This document shows positions 9,391 through 18,000 of a stretch of 49,492 nucleotides of DNA, piece after piece (the stretch's first letter is position 1; each line of letters opens with the position of its first letter). The notes under the pieces were generated by a model. The model saw only the letters and a program-made list of their open reading frames with translations, made no database searches and was not told where the DNA came from. A program made the position numbers and the translations under genes. Location: the IMG/VR virus record IMGVR_UViG_3300022748_000007, one strand, 5' to 3'. The stretch is from a virus.

Positions 9391-10248
9391 ATGAAGAACC
9401 ATCTCCTCCTTGGCAACTGGAATGCTTTATGCGATTCCTGTGGTCGTAAATTTAAAGCATTAGACCTGCAAAAGCGTTGGGATGGCCTCATGGTTTGCCG
9501 AGAGGACTTTGAACAACGGCATCCACAGGACTTGTTAAAAGTTCAACGTGAAAAAATTGCAGTTCCATGGTCTCGTCCATATGCTGCTCAAGATACATAC
9601 ATTCCTGAAAATCTCTGGACAAAGCCAGATGACCACTTAGGTATAACAGAACAAAATGCTTTCGATGTTATTAAACGTATTTATGATACGTATGCTAACA
9701 CTGGTGCATTAAATGGATACTCACTCAATGAGTTTGCATTAAATCAAACAGTTGCTCAAGGAGCTCCTTCTGAGACATTTGTTATGTCTGAGACATTCTT
9801 TGCAACTCTTGGTCGTTTTGTTAATGAATCTTTAGCTGCTACGGAAACCTTTGCTAAAGCAATTGGTAAACGTATTGATGAAGTGCTCCCTATTGGTGAG
9901 TCTTATCGTTTTGCAGAAACAGAACACAATGGTGATACACTGTCTTTCTCGGAAGCACAGCGATTCACTATGAGTAAGAATATTTCTGAAACTATTACAG
10001 TTACAGAAGTTTATCGAAACGGGGTAGCCCGTCCAGTGTCTGATTCATTGTCCTTGTCTGAAGGTGTTACTAAGCAAGATAATGAAAAGACAATTGAAAC
10101 CCTCTCTATGGCAGAGACAAGTAAATTTGCTATTGGTAAAGGCCTGTCTGACAGTGTATCACCAACAGAAAACTTCTCTTATGTCTTGGTTTCTTCCCCT
10201 GACCAATTTGTAAACGGGTCTGCTCTTAACACAACCTATTTAGGATAA
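9391..10248 (+). CDS. Tail/fibre-associated protein with an N-terminal Cys-rich (zinc-ribbon-like) module
   Basis: 285 aa. N-terminal segment CDSCGRKF...MVCREDFEQRHPQD. The C-terminal half carries periodic S-E-T/A-x-x-F repeats. Confidence 0.55.
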   Translation: MKNHLLLGNWNALCDSCGRKFKALDLQKRWDGLMVCREDFEQRHPQDLLKVQREKIAVPWSRPYAAQDTYIPENLWTKPDDHLGITEQNAFDVIKRIYDTYANTGALNGYSLNEFALNQTVAQGAPSETFVMSETFFATLGRFVNESLAATETFAKAIGKRIDEVLPIGESYRFAETEHNGDTLSFSEAQRFTMSKNISETITVTEVYRNGVARPVSDSLSLSEGVTKQDNEKTIETLSMAETSKFAIGKGLSDSVSPTENFSYVLVSSPDQFVNGSALNTTYLG

Positions 10249-10251
10249 AAT

Positions 10252-10677
10252 ATGATTAATGATTCTCTTGCCATGCGTGGCGACGTGCTGATTAAGTTGA
10301 ACGATGAAGTTGTTCTGGATAAGAAAAACCTTATTGTTAACGTTGGTAAAAACTTCTTGGCTTCTGCTGTAATTAACAGCTCAGCAAGTCCTTTCACTCA
10401 CATGGCTATTGGTACTAGTGGTACTGCTGCTGCTTTGGGTGACACTGCTCTGGGTAGTGAACTTGTTCGTCAAGCATTCACCTCTTCGTCTGTTGCTTCT
10501 AACGTTGTAACTTTGACGGCTTTGTATGCTGCTGGCGCAGGTACAGGTGCTTTGCAAGAAGCTGGTATTTTTAACGCTGCTTCTGCTGGTACAATGCTCT
10601 CTCACGTTGTTTTCTCAACTATTAACAAAGGCGCTGCTGACTCATTGACCATCACTTGGACAATCACTGTCGGTTAA
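10252..10677 (+). CDS. Fibre-module protein (tail-collar-like, tentative)
   Basis: 141 aa with AGGA upstream. A/S/T/G-rich. Lies between fibre-like genes. Confidence 0.5.
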   Translation: MINDSLAMRGDVLIKLNDEVVLDKKNLIVNVGKNFLASAVINSSASPFTHMAIGTSGTAAALGDTALGSELVRQAFTSSSVASNVVTLTALYAAGAGTGALQEAGIFNAASAGTMLSHVVFSTINKGAADSLTITWTITVG

Positions 10678-10680
10678 TCT

Positions 10681-11775
10681 ATGACCATTAAGTTTACCAA
10701 CAATGCCGCTACCTCGTTGGCATCAGGTATTACGAACGTTGCAACCAGCCTTACCGTAGCGTCGGGCAAAGGTGCTTTGTTCCCAACCCTGTCAGGTGGC
10801 GATGTATTTTATGTCACATTAGCAAACTCTTCCGGTGTGGTTGAGATTGTTCAGGTTACTGCTCGTTCTACTGATACCTTTACCATTGTTCGTGGACAAG
10901 ATGGTACTACTGCAGTTGCATGGAACACTGGTGATAAAGTTGAATTGCGCCCAACCGCAGGTGTTCTCACCTCGTTTGTGCAATCAGCCAACTTGCCTAC
11001 TTCTGCTGTAACTTCTGCAGTAGCAGGTACTGCTATTAGTGTTTCAGGTGCAACTGGTGCAGTTACAATTAACAATACAGGTGTAACTTCTGCTGTGGCT
11101 GGTACAGGTATTTCTGTGTCTGGTGCTACAGGTGCTGTAACTATTACCAACCAAATTACAGGTGCTCGTGGTCAAGTCTTTACTTCCAGCGGAACCTTCA
11201 CGATTCCATCTGGTGTTAGCGCGGTCAAAGTAACCGTGCTCGGCGGGGGAGGCGGTGGTGGCGGTGCGGCTTCTAACCCTTGTGGGGCTACTGCTGCTGG
11301 CGGTGGTGGTGGTGCTGTAGCTATTCAATACTTTACCGGACTGACTTCTGGAAATACTCTTTCTGTTGCCGTTGGCGGCGCAGGCGCAGGAGGTCCCGCA
11401 ATTTCTGGAAGCGGAGGCACAGGCGGCACATCAAGCGTTTCTTCGGGCACACAGACTATTACCACTGTGCAAGCGACGGGTGGTGTTGGGGTTGCAAACA
11501 GTAATGGAACCGGTGGAAACGGCGGCACTTTTAGTGGCGCGGTTATTGGTGTCAACGGACAGAAAGGCTTTTCCCCTACCGGTACTGCCGCCGGGGCGGG
11601 CGGGGCTACAGGCTTCGGATTTGGCATTGGGGGGTTGGGTGGTATTGCCTCCCCACTAACGGCAGGCGGTGCAGGCTTTGGCTACGGCGCTGGCGGTGGT
11701 GGGTCCACGAATTTGAATAACGGCTCTCCCGCTGGCGGTGCTGGCGGTGCTGGTATCGTGATAGTTGAATGGTAA
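10681..11775 (+). CDS. Glycine-rich tail fibre-like protein
   Basis: 364 aa. Internal 25-aa tandem repeat (VTSAVAGT.ISVSGATGAVTI). A G8 run, and a Gly/Ala-rich C-terminal half. Confidence 0.6.
   Translation: MTIKFTNNAATSLASGITNVATSLTVASGKGALFPTLSGGDVFYVTLANSSGVVEIVQVTARSTDTFTIVRGQDGTTAVAWNTGDKVELRPTAGVLTSFVQSANLPTSAVTSAVAGTAISVSGATGAVTINNTGVTSAVAGTGISVSGATGAVTITNQITGARGQVFTSSGTFTIPSGVSAVKVTVLGGGGGGGGAASNPCGATAAGGGGGAVAIQYFTGLTSGNTLSVAVGGAGAGGPAISGSGGTGGTSSVSSGTQTITTVQATGGVGVANSNGTGGNGGTFSGAVIGVNGQKGFSPTGTAAGAGGATGFGFGIGGLGGIASPLTAGGAGFGYGAGGGGSTNLNNGSPAGGAGGAGIVIVEW
11008..11157 (+). repeat. Tandem 75-nt x 2 coding repeat inside the fibre-like gene
   Basis: 11008-11082 and 11083-11157 encode near-identical 25-aa units. 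The nucleotide copies have diverged at many third positions. Confidence 0.8.
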
Positions 11776-11784
11776 GGAGCCGAT

Positions 11785-12105
11785 ATGACAATTCAACCGT
11801 ATTGCCTCGTAGACATTACGTCTAATGTTTGTGACAACCTTGTCCTTTGGGATGGTGACTCGCAGACTTGGGCCGTTCCAGAAACACATCTGGCCTTGCC
11901 TCAAAATACTACCCCCTCAAAAGTTTGGGTCTATGACGACGCTGACAAGGTATGGCTTCTGAGTAGCACTGTCGGCGAAGGACAAATCGGATTTACTTGG
12001 GACGGCAGTTCTTTGGTAACCGACCAGCCCATGCCAACAAGCGCACCCCAAGTCACCGTTCACGGACTGGCTCAACCCTCCGCAGAAGGCGCTCAAACGC
12101 TATGA
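11785..12105 (+). CDS. Hypothetical protein
   Basis: 106 aa with an AAGGAG RBS. Confidence 0.55.
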   Translation: MTIQPYCLVDITSNVCDNLVLWDGDSQTWAVPETHLALPQNTTPSKVWVYDDADKVWLLSSTVGEGQIGFTWDGSSLVTDQPMPTSAPQVTVHGLAQPSAEGAQTL

Positions 12106-12383
12106 CACAGCAAGTCGCCCTCACCCACTCCGTCACTTACGACGGAGCAACCTTAAATGTGTACCACGCACCCAAAGGGCAGGGCTTGCCCCGCCACCAG
12201 CACGTCTACGCACACCTCACGATGTGCCACGCAGGCAGCCTCATTGTTCGCAAGGAAGGCCGCGAGCTGGTGATGACTAAGGACACGCAGCCCGTAAACC
12301 TCGTGGCGAATGAGTGGCATGAAATCGAAGCCCTTGAGGACGGCACGGTATTTGTGAATGTGTTTGCAGAAGGTAAATACTAA
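12102..12383 (+). CDS. Cupin-fold protein
   Basis: 93 aa. ATG at 12102 with an ATGA overlap (the track ORF starts at 11997, inside the upstream gene). Cupin-type motifs PRHQHVYAH and NEWHEIEALEDG. About 56% GC by hand count. Confidence 0.6.
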   Translation: MTQQVALTHSVTYDGATLNVYHAPKGQGLPRHQHVYAHLTMCHAGSLIVRKEGRELVMTKDTQPVNLVANEWHEIEALEDGTVFVNVFAEGKY

Positions 12384-12562
12384 TGGCAACAATTGACGCC
12401 ACAGATGCCCGACTGTCTTCTCACGAAGAGATTTGTGCCTTACGATATGAAGTTATAAACGGTCGCCTTAAACGTCTTGAATCAATCCTCATCATTGCAT
12501 GTGGAACGCTTCTTTGCGGAATGGGCGGAATAATTATGACTTTTTTAACACACAGTAAATAA
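12383..12562 (+). CDS. Small membrane protein (59 aa, below the ORF-track cutoff)
   Basis: TAATG overlap with the cupin stop. Translates as MATIDATDARLSSHEEICALRYEVINGRLKRLESILIIACGTLLCGMGGIIMTFLTHSK, with one C-terminal TM segment. Confidence 0.4.
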   Translation: MATIDATDARLSSHEEICALRYEVINGRLKRLESILIIACGTLLCGMGGIIMTFLTHSK

Positions 12563-12563
12563 T

Positions 12564-13301
12564 ATGCCCTTAACAATCCTCGCTGCTGCTAATGCTGCTG
12601 TTGCCGCAATACAGCAGGGATGTGAATTGTATAAAGAGTATAAAGGAACTGTACTTAAAGCTAAAGCCACCTTTGACGAAGTTAAGGGTATGGCAATTGA
12701 AGTCTCAGATGTTGGAACAGGCATCTGGGACTTTATTAAATCTAAGCTTTTTCCACAAGAAAATCCCCCTCCGCCTACGCTCCCTGATGTAAAGAAATCG
12801 GACGACCGTGGCGCACCGCAGGGGGCCTCTCTTCCAGAAGAACTGGATGAGCAGACTATTAAGAGTAGTCTCATAAAGAATTTAAAAATCTTCTTCAAAG
12901 GTATGATTGCCTTAGACAAGAAGATTAAAGAACAACAAGAACGGATGGATACACAAGAGATTCATCCTGACGAACTTCTTGATATTTCCCTAGACCATGT
13001 TGTAGCAATGAAAGAAATGGAAAAGCTACAGAAGGAAATTAGAGAGACAATGATTTATCAAAGTCCTCCTGAACTAGGCGCTTTGTACACAGATGTGGTT
13101 AACATGTTTGGGTTGGTACAAGAAAAACAAGAAGCCACACACTTATTAAACGTTAGGAAAAAGAAAGAAGCATGGCAACGTCAAGACCGTCTCCTAACAA
13201 AAATAAGGCAGCGTATAGCATGGGTCCTCGTGATGGCCCTAATAGTGATGGAAATATGGGGACTAATACTAGCACTTCTTCTAGCGAGACCGCATTTATA
13301 A
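12564..13301 (+). CDS. C-terminally membrane-anchored coiled-coil protein
   Basis: 245 aa. Proline-rich linker. C-terminal TM segment WVLVMALIVMEIWGLILALLL. Confidence 0.55.
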   Translation: MPLTILAAANAAVAAIQQGCELYKEYKGTVLKAKATFDEVKGMAIEVSDVGTGIWDFIKSKLFPQENPPPPTLPDVKKSDDRGAPQGASLPEELDEQTIKSSLIKNLKIFFKGMIALDKKIKEQQERMDTQEIHPDELLDISLDHVVAMKEMEKLQKEIRETMIYQSPPELGALYTDVVNMFGLVQEKQEATHLLNVRKKKEAWQRQDRLLTKIRQRIAWVLVMALIVMEIWGLILALLLARPHL

Positions 13302-13312
13302 GTTTCCTTATA

Positions 13313-13411
13313 TTGCTAACTCTGCTATTTTTTATTATCCTTCCATTTGAACTGTACCTCTACATCATTGTAAAGGATGCTGTTGAAATGTGTTATAAGG
13401 CAAAAGCATGA
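13313..13411 (+). CDS. Possible small TM peptide (32 aa, TTG start)
   Basis: Tail of track ORF 13172..13411. Its stop overlaps the holin ATG (ATGA). The start codon is uncertain. Confidence 0.25.
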   Translation: MLTLLFFIILPFELYLYIIVKDAVEMCYKAKA

Positions 13412-13860
13412 ACGAACTAATGAACCTGCTTAAAGGTGCTGCTCCCGGCCTTGCAACGGCTGTTGCTGGCCCTTTAGGTGGTATGGCAATAGCAGCTATA
13501 GCAGACAAGCTTGGAGTGCCTTCTACGCCCTCTGCTGTCACACAGGCACTTAAAGACAATCCAGACCTTGCACTCAAACTTAAAGAGATTGATGCTAAAG
13601 AATACGAAGTTGAGCAAACAAACTTAACAGAACGTATGAAAGCTGACATGGCTTCTGACTCTTGGTTGTCCAAGAATATTCGTCCCATGGTGCTTATTTT
13701 CTTGTTGGCTGCTTACAGTGGCTTTGCCATTGCATCTATTTTCAATTATGAAACTCGTGGTGCATATGTTGAGCTGTTAGGTCAATGGGGTATGTTGGTT
13801 ATGTCGTTCTACTTCGGTGGACGTACAATGGAAAAGATTGCAGATAAGGTAAAGAAATGA
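13408..13860 (+). CDS. Holin-like protein (3-TM, GTA-holin type)
   Basis: 150 aa. Motif ADMASDSWLSKNIRP followed by hydrophobic segments. Lies upstream of the endolysin. Confidence 0.55.
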   Translation: MNELMNLLKGAAPGLATAVAGPLGGMAIAAIADKLGVPSTPSAVTQALKDNPDLALKLKEIDAKEYEVEQTNLTERMKADMASDSWLSKNIRPMVLIFLLAAYSGFAIASIFNYETRGAYVELLGQWGMLVMSFYFGGRTMEKIADKVKK

Positions 13861-14081
13861 AACTTAAAGATGTAGTATTGCTAACAGCCACAGGCTCGTT
13901 GGTAGCTGTTGTTGTTAACATGATGATTATGTTTACAATCGCTGTTCTTGACCCCAGTGTCGATGATGGTAAGGTATTTGAAATTATTGGTCCAGCCTTC
14001 CAAACCATCGTTGGTGGTTTTATTGGTTTGATTACAGGTATTAACATTGGTAAACAGGAACAACAAGATGCAACTGAGTGA
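13857..14081 (+). CDS. Small two-TM membrane protein (holin/antiholin candidate)
   Basis: 74 aa with an ATGA overlap. Two hydrophobic helices. Confidence 0.5.
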   Translation: MKLKDVVLLTATGSLVAVVVNMMIMFTIAVLDPSVDDGKVFEIIGPAFQTIVGGFIGLITGINIGKQEQQDATE

Positions 14082-14520
14082 ACATTTCAGCCTTGAAGAG
14101 GCAACATATTCTGAAACTGCTGTACGTTTAGGCATTAGCAACCAACCCTCCACTCTCCAGTTGGAGAACATGAAACATGCTGCTGGTCAGCTCGAAAAGG
14201 TTCGTGAGTTGTCAGGTGCTTTACGCATTAACTCTTGGCTTCGTTTGCCTGATGTAAACGTGGCTGTTGGTGGTAGCAAGATTTCTAGCCACATGGATGG
14301 TTGGGCAATTGACGTTAGCTCTTCTAAACTCACTCCTTACGAATTGTGTCAGCTCGTTAAAGGTGCTGGCATTAAGTTTGACCAGATGATTCATGAGTTT
14401 GGTCGTTGGATGCACATCTCGTTTGCTCCTGAAATGCGCCAGCAAGAACTCACCATCTTCAAACCCGAAGGTAAATACAAACCCGGCATCTTGACAGAAG
14501 CCGAATATCACAAGGCCTAA
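14068..14520 (+). CDS. Endolysin, peptidase M15 family (cell-wall peptidase)
   Basis: 150 aa from the ATG at 14068 (the track start at 14047 is TTG). Motifs SEHFSLEEA, SSHMDGWAIDV and GRWMHISF. Confidence 0.8.
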   Translation: MQLSEHFSLEEATYSETAVRLGISNQPSTLQLENMKHAAGQLEKVRELSGALRINSWLRLPDVNVAVGGSKISSHMDGWAIDVSSSKLTPYELCQLVKGAGIKFDQMIHEFGRWMHISFAPEMRQQELTIFKPEGKYKPGILTEAEYHKA

Positions 14521-14523
14521 TGA

Positions 14524-15237
14524 ATGTCTACTAGCGGAACAACCACATGGAAGCTCAACCGTGACGCGGTTATCAGTGCAGCTCTTCGCAAGCTCTCTGT
14601 GTTGTCCGGCGGAAGCACACCAGAAACCTACCAAGTAACTAATGCCACAGAAGCCCTTAACGCTATGATTAAGGGTTTTCAAGAGGATGGCATGCCCGTA
14701 TGGGCAATGAAAAGCTACACCTTCACAACTATTGTGGGACAAGCTTCTTATGACATTGGAACAGGACAGGCCCTTGATACTCCCATGCCCTTGAAGGTAA
14801 CTCAGGCATGGCGTAATCAAACTCCTACCTCTAGCAACGTTCCCATGAACGTGGTTCCAGATTACAACTATAACATTTATCCGTTGGTCAATAGTTCAGG
14901 CACTCCTGTTAACTTGTACTACCAGCCTCAAGGCTACAAAGGTACAATTAACCTGTGGCCTAAACCAGCGGACGCAGTGACTACAATTACTCTACGTTAT
15001 CAACGTCCCTTTGAGGATATGACTAGCGCAACAGATGACTTTGACTTCCCTCCGTATTGGACAGAAGCTCTCATCTTTGGATTGGCTGACCGCCTTGCTC
15101 CTGAATATGGTATTCCTTTGCAAGACCGTCAAGCCCTAACTGCACAAGCTGAACGCTTCCATACTAACGCATTGTCGTTCGGTACTGAAGAAGGTTCTAT
15201 GTATTTTCAACCTGATTTTACAGGAAGTCGGTGGTAA
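14524..15237 (+). CDS. Virion protein, probable head-tail adaptor or tail tube component
   Basis: 237 aa. Assigned from its position before the large tail protein and from its size. Confidence 0.5.
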   Translation: MSTSGTTTWKLNRDAVISAALRKLSVLSGGSTPETYQVTNATEALNAMIKGFQEDGMPVWAMKSYTFTTIVGQASYDIGTGQALDTPMPLKVTQAWRNQTPTSSNVPMNVVPDYNYNIYPLVNSSGTPVNLYYQPQGYKGTINLWPKPADAVTTITLRYQRPFEDMTSATDDFDFPPYWTEALIFGLADRLAPEYGIPLQDRQALTAQAERFHTNALSFGTEEGSMYFQPDFTGSRW

Positions 15238-15240
15238 TCA

Positions 15241-16686
15241 ATGCCATACAGTAAAACCCCAGTCTTACAGACATATGAAACCAAGCGGGTTAACTTTATT
15301 GCTAACCCCCAACAACGTAACGGTACAACAGACAAAGACTTTCGCTTGGTCAACATGATGACTGAGGTTATTAAGAGTCCTGTAGGTGACCAAAAGAAAT
15401 ATTATGTAAAGAGCCGCCCGGGTGTTGCCTTGGCGTATTCTACAGCAACAGGAGTTGGACGTGGACTTTACTATTGGGTTATTTCAGGAGTGGGCTATGC
15501 AATGGCTGTTGTGGGTAACAAGGTCTACAGCAACGGCACTGCGGTCCTCACACTCGCCACCTCAACAGGCAAATGTGGATTCTCTGAATTTGTAAGCTCA
15601 ACAGGAACTGTTAGCTTGGTTTTGTTGGATGGTACTGATGGCTATGTATTTAGCAATCCAACCACTCCAGTTAAAATCACATCAGCTAACTTCCCAACAC
15701 CTCATGTTCCCATTCCAATCTTTATGGATGCCTATCTGTTCGTTGCTAAAGCAGACAGCGAAGATATCTATAATAGTGACCTAGACAATCCTGCTTTATG
15801 GACTGCTGGTAACTATATTTCTGCTGAGATGTTCCCTGACAAGATTGTTGCCTTATCTAAAAACAACAACTACATCTATGCTATTGGTAGCGGAAGTATT
15901 GAATACTTCTATGATGCTGGTAATGCTACAGGAAGCCCCCTAGCTCGTCACCAAAGTGCTGTGCAACAGTTTGGTGCTGCTTCTATGTCCTCTGTTGTAC
16001 AAACAGAAACAGAAGTTATCTTCATTGGTGAAACAAACGACGGTGGTCACACAGTTTGGACCATTAATGGCTTTAAAGAAAAAGAGATTGGTATTCCTGC
16101 TGTTAAATCTATCTTCTTAAATGAAGGTGACAACATCAAGAATGCATATGCCTTTGTGGTTCGTGTATCAGGACAAAAGCTCTACTGTATTAACCTGTCT
16201 ACCAGAACAATGGTTTACAGCTTTGATACTGAGATGTGGAGTGAATGGCGTACAGACAGCGCAAACTTCTTCTGTGGTCATGCTGCAGATGGTCCTGCTG
16301 GTAGTGCTTACATGCTGCACAACACAGAAGGTGAAGTGTACATTATGGATGAGAACCGATTCACTGACCATGACATTCCAATTACTTGTCAAGTCATTTC
16401 ATCTAAACTAGACTTTGATACAATCAATCGTAAGTTTATGTACCGTTTAAGCATCATTGGTGATGTGCCAGATGACACCTTAGTGGATTCTGCTGTAATG
16501 GTTTCATGGAGTGATGACGACTACAAGACATGGAGTACACCCCGTACCCTGAAGTTTACAGGAGACCTTCCTGCTATCTTCCAACTTGGTCAGTTCCGTC
16601 GTCGTGCTATTAAGCTTACCTATTCACTTCCTCACTTGCTTCGTTTGGAAACAATTGAAGTGGACATTAATAAGGGGAATGCATAA
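15241..16686 (+). CDS. Virion tail protein (probable tail tube/nozzle)
   Basis: 481 aa, beta-rich. Follows the adaptor-like gene. Confidence 0.5.
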   Translation: MPYSKTPVLQTYETKRVNFIANPQQRNGTTDKDFRLVNMMTEVIKSPVGDQKKYYVKSRPGVALAYSTATGVGRGLYYWVISGVGYAMAVVGNKVYSNGTAVLTLATSTGKCGFSEFVSSTGTVSLVLLDGTDGYVFSNPTTPVKITSANFPTPHVPIPIFMDAYLFVAKADSEDIYNSDLDNPALWTAGNYISAEMFPDKIVALSKNNNYIYAIGSGSIEYFYDAGNATGSPLARHQSAVQQFGAASMSSVVQTETEVIFIGETNDGGHTVWTINGFKEKEIGIPAVKSIFLNEGDNIKNAYAFVVRVSGQKLYCINLSTRTMVYSFDTEMWSEWRTDSANFFCGHAADGPAGSAYMLHNTEGEVYIMDENRFTDHDIPITCQVISSKLDFDTINRKFMYRLSIIGDVPDDTLVDSAVMVSWSDDDYKTWSTPRTLKFTGDLPAIFQLGQFRRRAIKLTYSLPHLLRLETIEVDINKGNA

Positions 16687-17066
16687 TGGCAGGCGGAGGT
16701 CTTCCACCACCACCCACAAGAGCTGAGTCTGGTGACTTTGCTTGGGTGGCTTGGTACAACCAACTCTACTCTTTGTTAAATACACAAGGAGCTGTTTCTT
16801 GGTCTTTGGTTAATAAGTCTGGTAGCTCTATTGCTGACCTGCAAAATCACAACCATGACTTGCTCACAAGTATTCAAGGTAATGGTACTTACCATCTTTC
16901 TGCAACAGAACAAGCCCGAGTAGCGGGTGTTATTACTAAAGCTAGTGACCCAACTACAACAGATATTACTGCGGGTACATGGGCTATTTATAAGAACACA
17001 AGTTCTGGTGCTGTTAAGCTCTGGACAAATGACGGCGGTACAATGAAGTCCGTCGCCTTAACTTAA
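16686..17066 (+). CDS. Hypothetical virion protein
   Basis: 126 aa. The start overlaps the upstream stop (TAATG). Confidence 0.55.
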   Translation: MAGGGLPPPPTRAESGDFAWVAWYNQLYSLLNTQGAVSWSLVNKSGSSIADLQNHNHDLLTSIQGNGTYHLSATEQARVAGVITKASDPTTTDITAGTWAIYKNTSSGAVKLWTNDGGTMKSVALT

Positions 17067-17075
17067 GGAATATTT

Positions 17076-17999
17076 ATGAGTTTTTGGACAGACGTACGAG
17101 ACACTGCTGAAGCAGGCGCCTCGGTTGCAGGGAATTACGTTCTTCCCGGTTCAGGCTTAATCACTTCTCAACTGGTTAGTGAGGGTGCTAAACAAAAGCT
17201 TAATTCTAGTTTAGGTCAACTGGCAATGCTAGGTTCTGGTATTGGCGGAGGCGTAAACGGAAATATGTCAAACTATAATTCATTGGGTGACATGTTTAGT
17301 TCGACGCCAATGGCTACGCCAGAGGTAACCCCCACAGGTACAGAGAATGCTTTAGGCGGTGCTGGTGCAGCCCCACAAGCTACTCAACCTATTATGCCTA
17401 GTACAGTGTCTACAGGCAGCAACATTGATACTACAGCAGGTGCTATTAATCCTGCAGGTTCTCCTAATGCAGGAGGTGCTGCTAACTTGCCAGACAACAT
17501 AGACATTGGTGGTGGATATAATCCAGCCTCTGGTGCAGGTGGTGCACAATCTCCCGGTTTTTTGGCATCCTTGGGTGCTGGTAACTTTGGTGATGCAGCT
17601 TCTGCTGCTGGCAACTGGATTGGTAAAAACCCAATTCCTGCCATCTATGGTGTTGGTAGCTTGTATGACATGTATGCCAAAGGCCAGATGGCTAAGAAGC
17701 AACAAGAAATGTACGACCGCAACCGTGCAGACATCTTGAACACCTATGCTCCGGGTTCTCCTGAGTATAACTTGCTCAAACAGGAAATGGAACGTAAAGA
17801 TGCTGCTGCTGGTCGTAACAGTCAGTATGGTACTCGTGCTAACGAATTGGCTGGTAAGATTGCTTCCTACAAGACAAACGCTTTGGCTAACATGATGGGT
17901 GGTCAGAACGCTTTGGCTAACCAAGGCTTGGGTAATCAGTTTGGTATGTTTAACACACCATTGACCTTGGCTGCTTTGACTGCTACACAGAAGGGCTAA
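17076..17999 (+). CDS. Gly/Ala-rich internal virion protein (tentative)
   Basis: 307 aa with RBS AAGGA. Low-complexity G/A/N/P core. Confidence 0.55.
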   Translation: MSFWTDVRDTAEAGASVAGNYVLPGSGLITSQLVSEGAKQKLNSSLGQLAMLGSGIGGGVNGNMSNYNSLGDMFSSTPMATPEVTPTGTENALGGAGAAPQATQPIMPSTVSTGSNIDTTAGAINPAGSPNAGGAANLPDNIDIGGGYNPASGAGGAQSPGFLASLGAGNFGDAASAAGNWIGKNPIPAIYGVGSLYDMYAKGQMAKKQQEMYDRNRADILNTYAPGSPEYNLLKQEMERKDAAAGRNSQYGTRANELAGKIASYKTNALANMMGGQNALANQGLGNQFGMFNTPLTLAALTATQKG

Positions 18000-18000
18000 T

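Noticed and set aside
11997-12383. Track start at 11997 for the cupin ORF
   Set aside because: The first 35 codons overlap the upstream gene and encode an Arg-rich nonsense-like peptide. ATG 12102 forms an ATGA overlap with the upstream stop.
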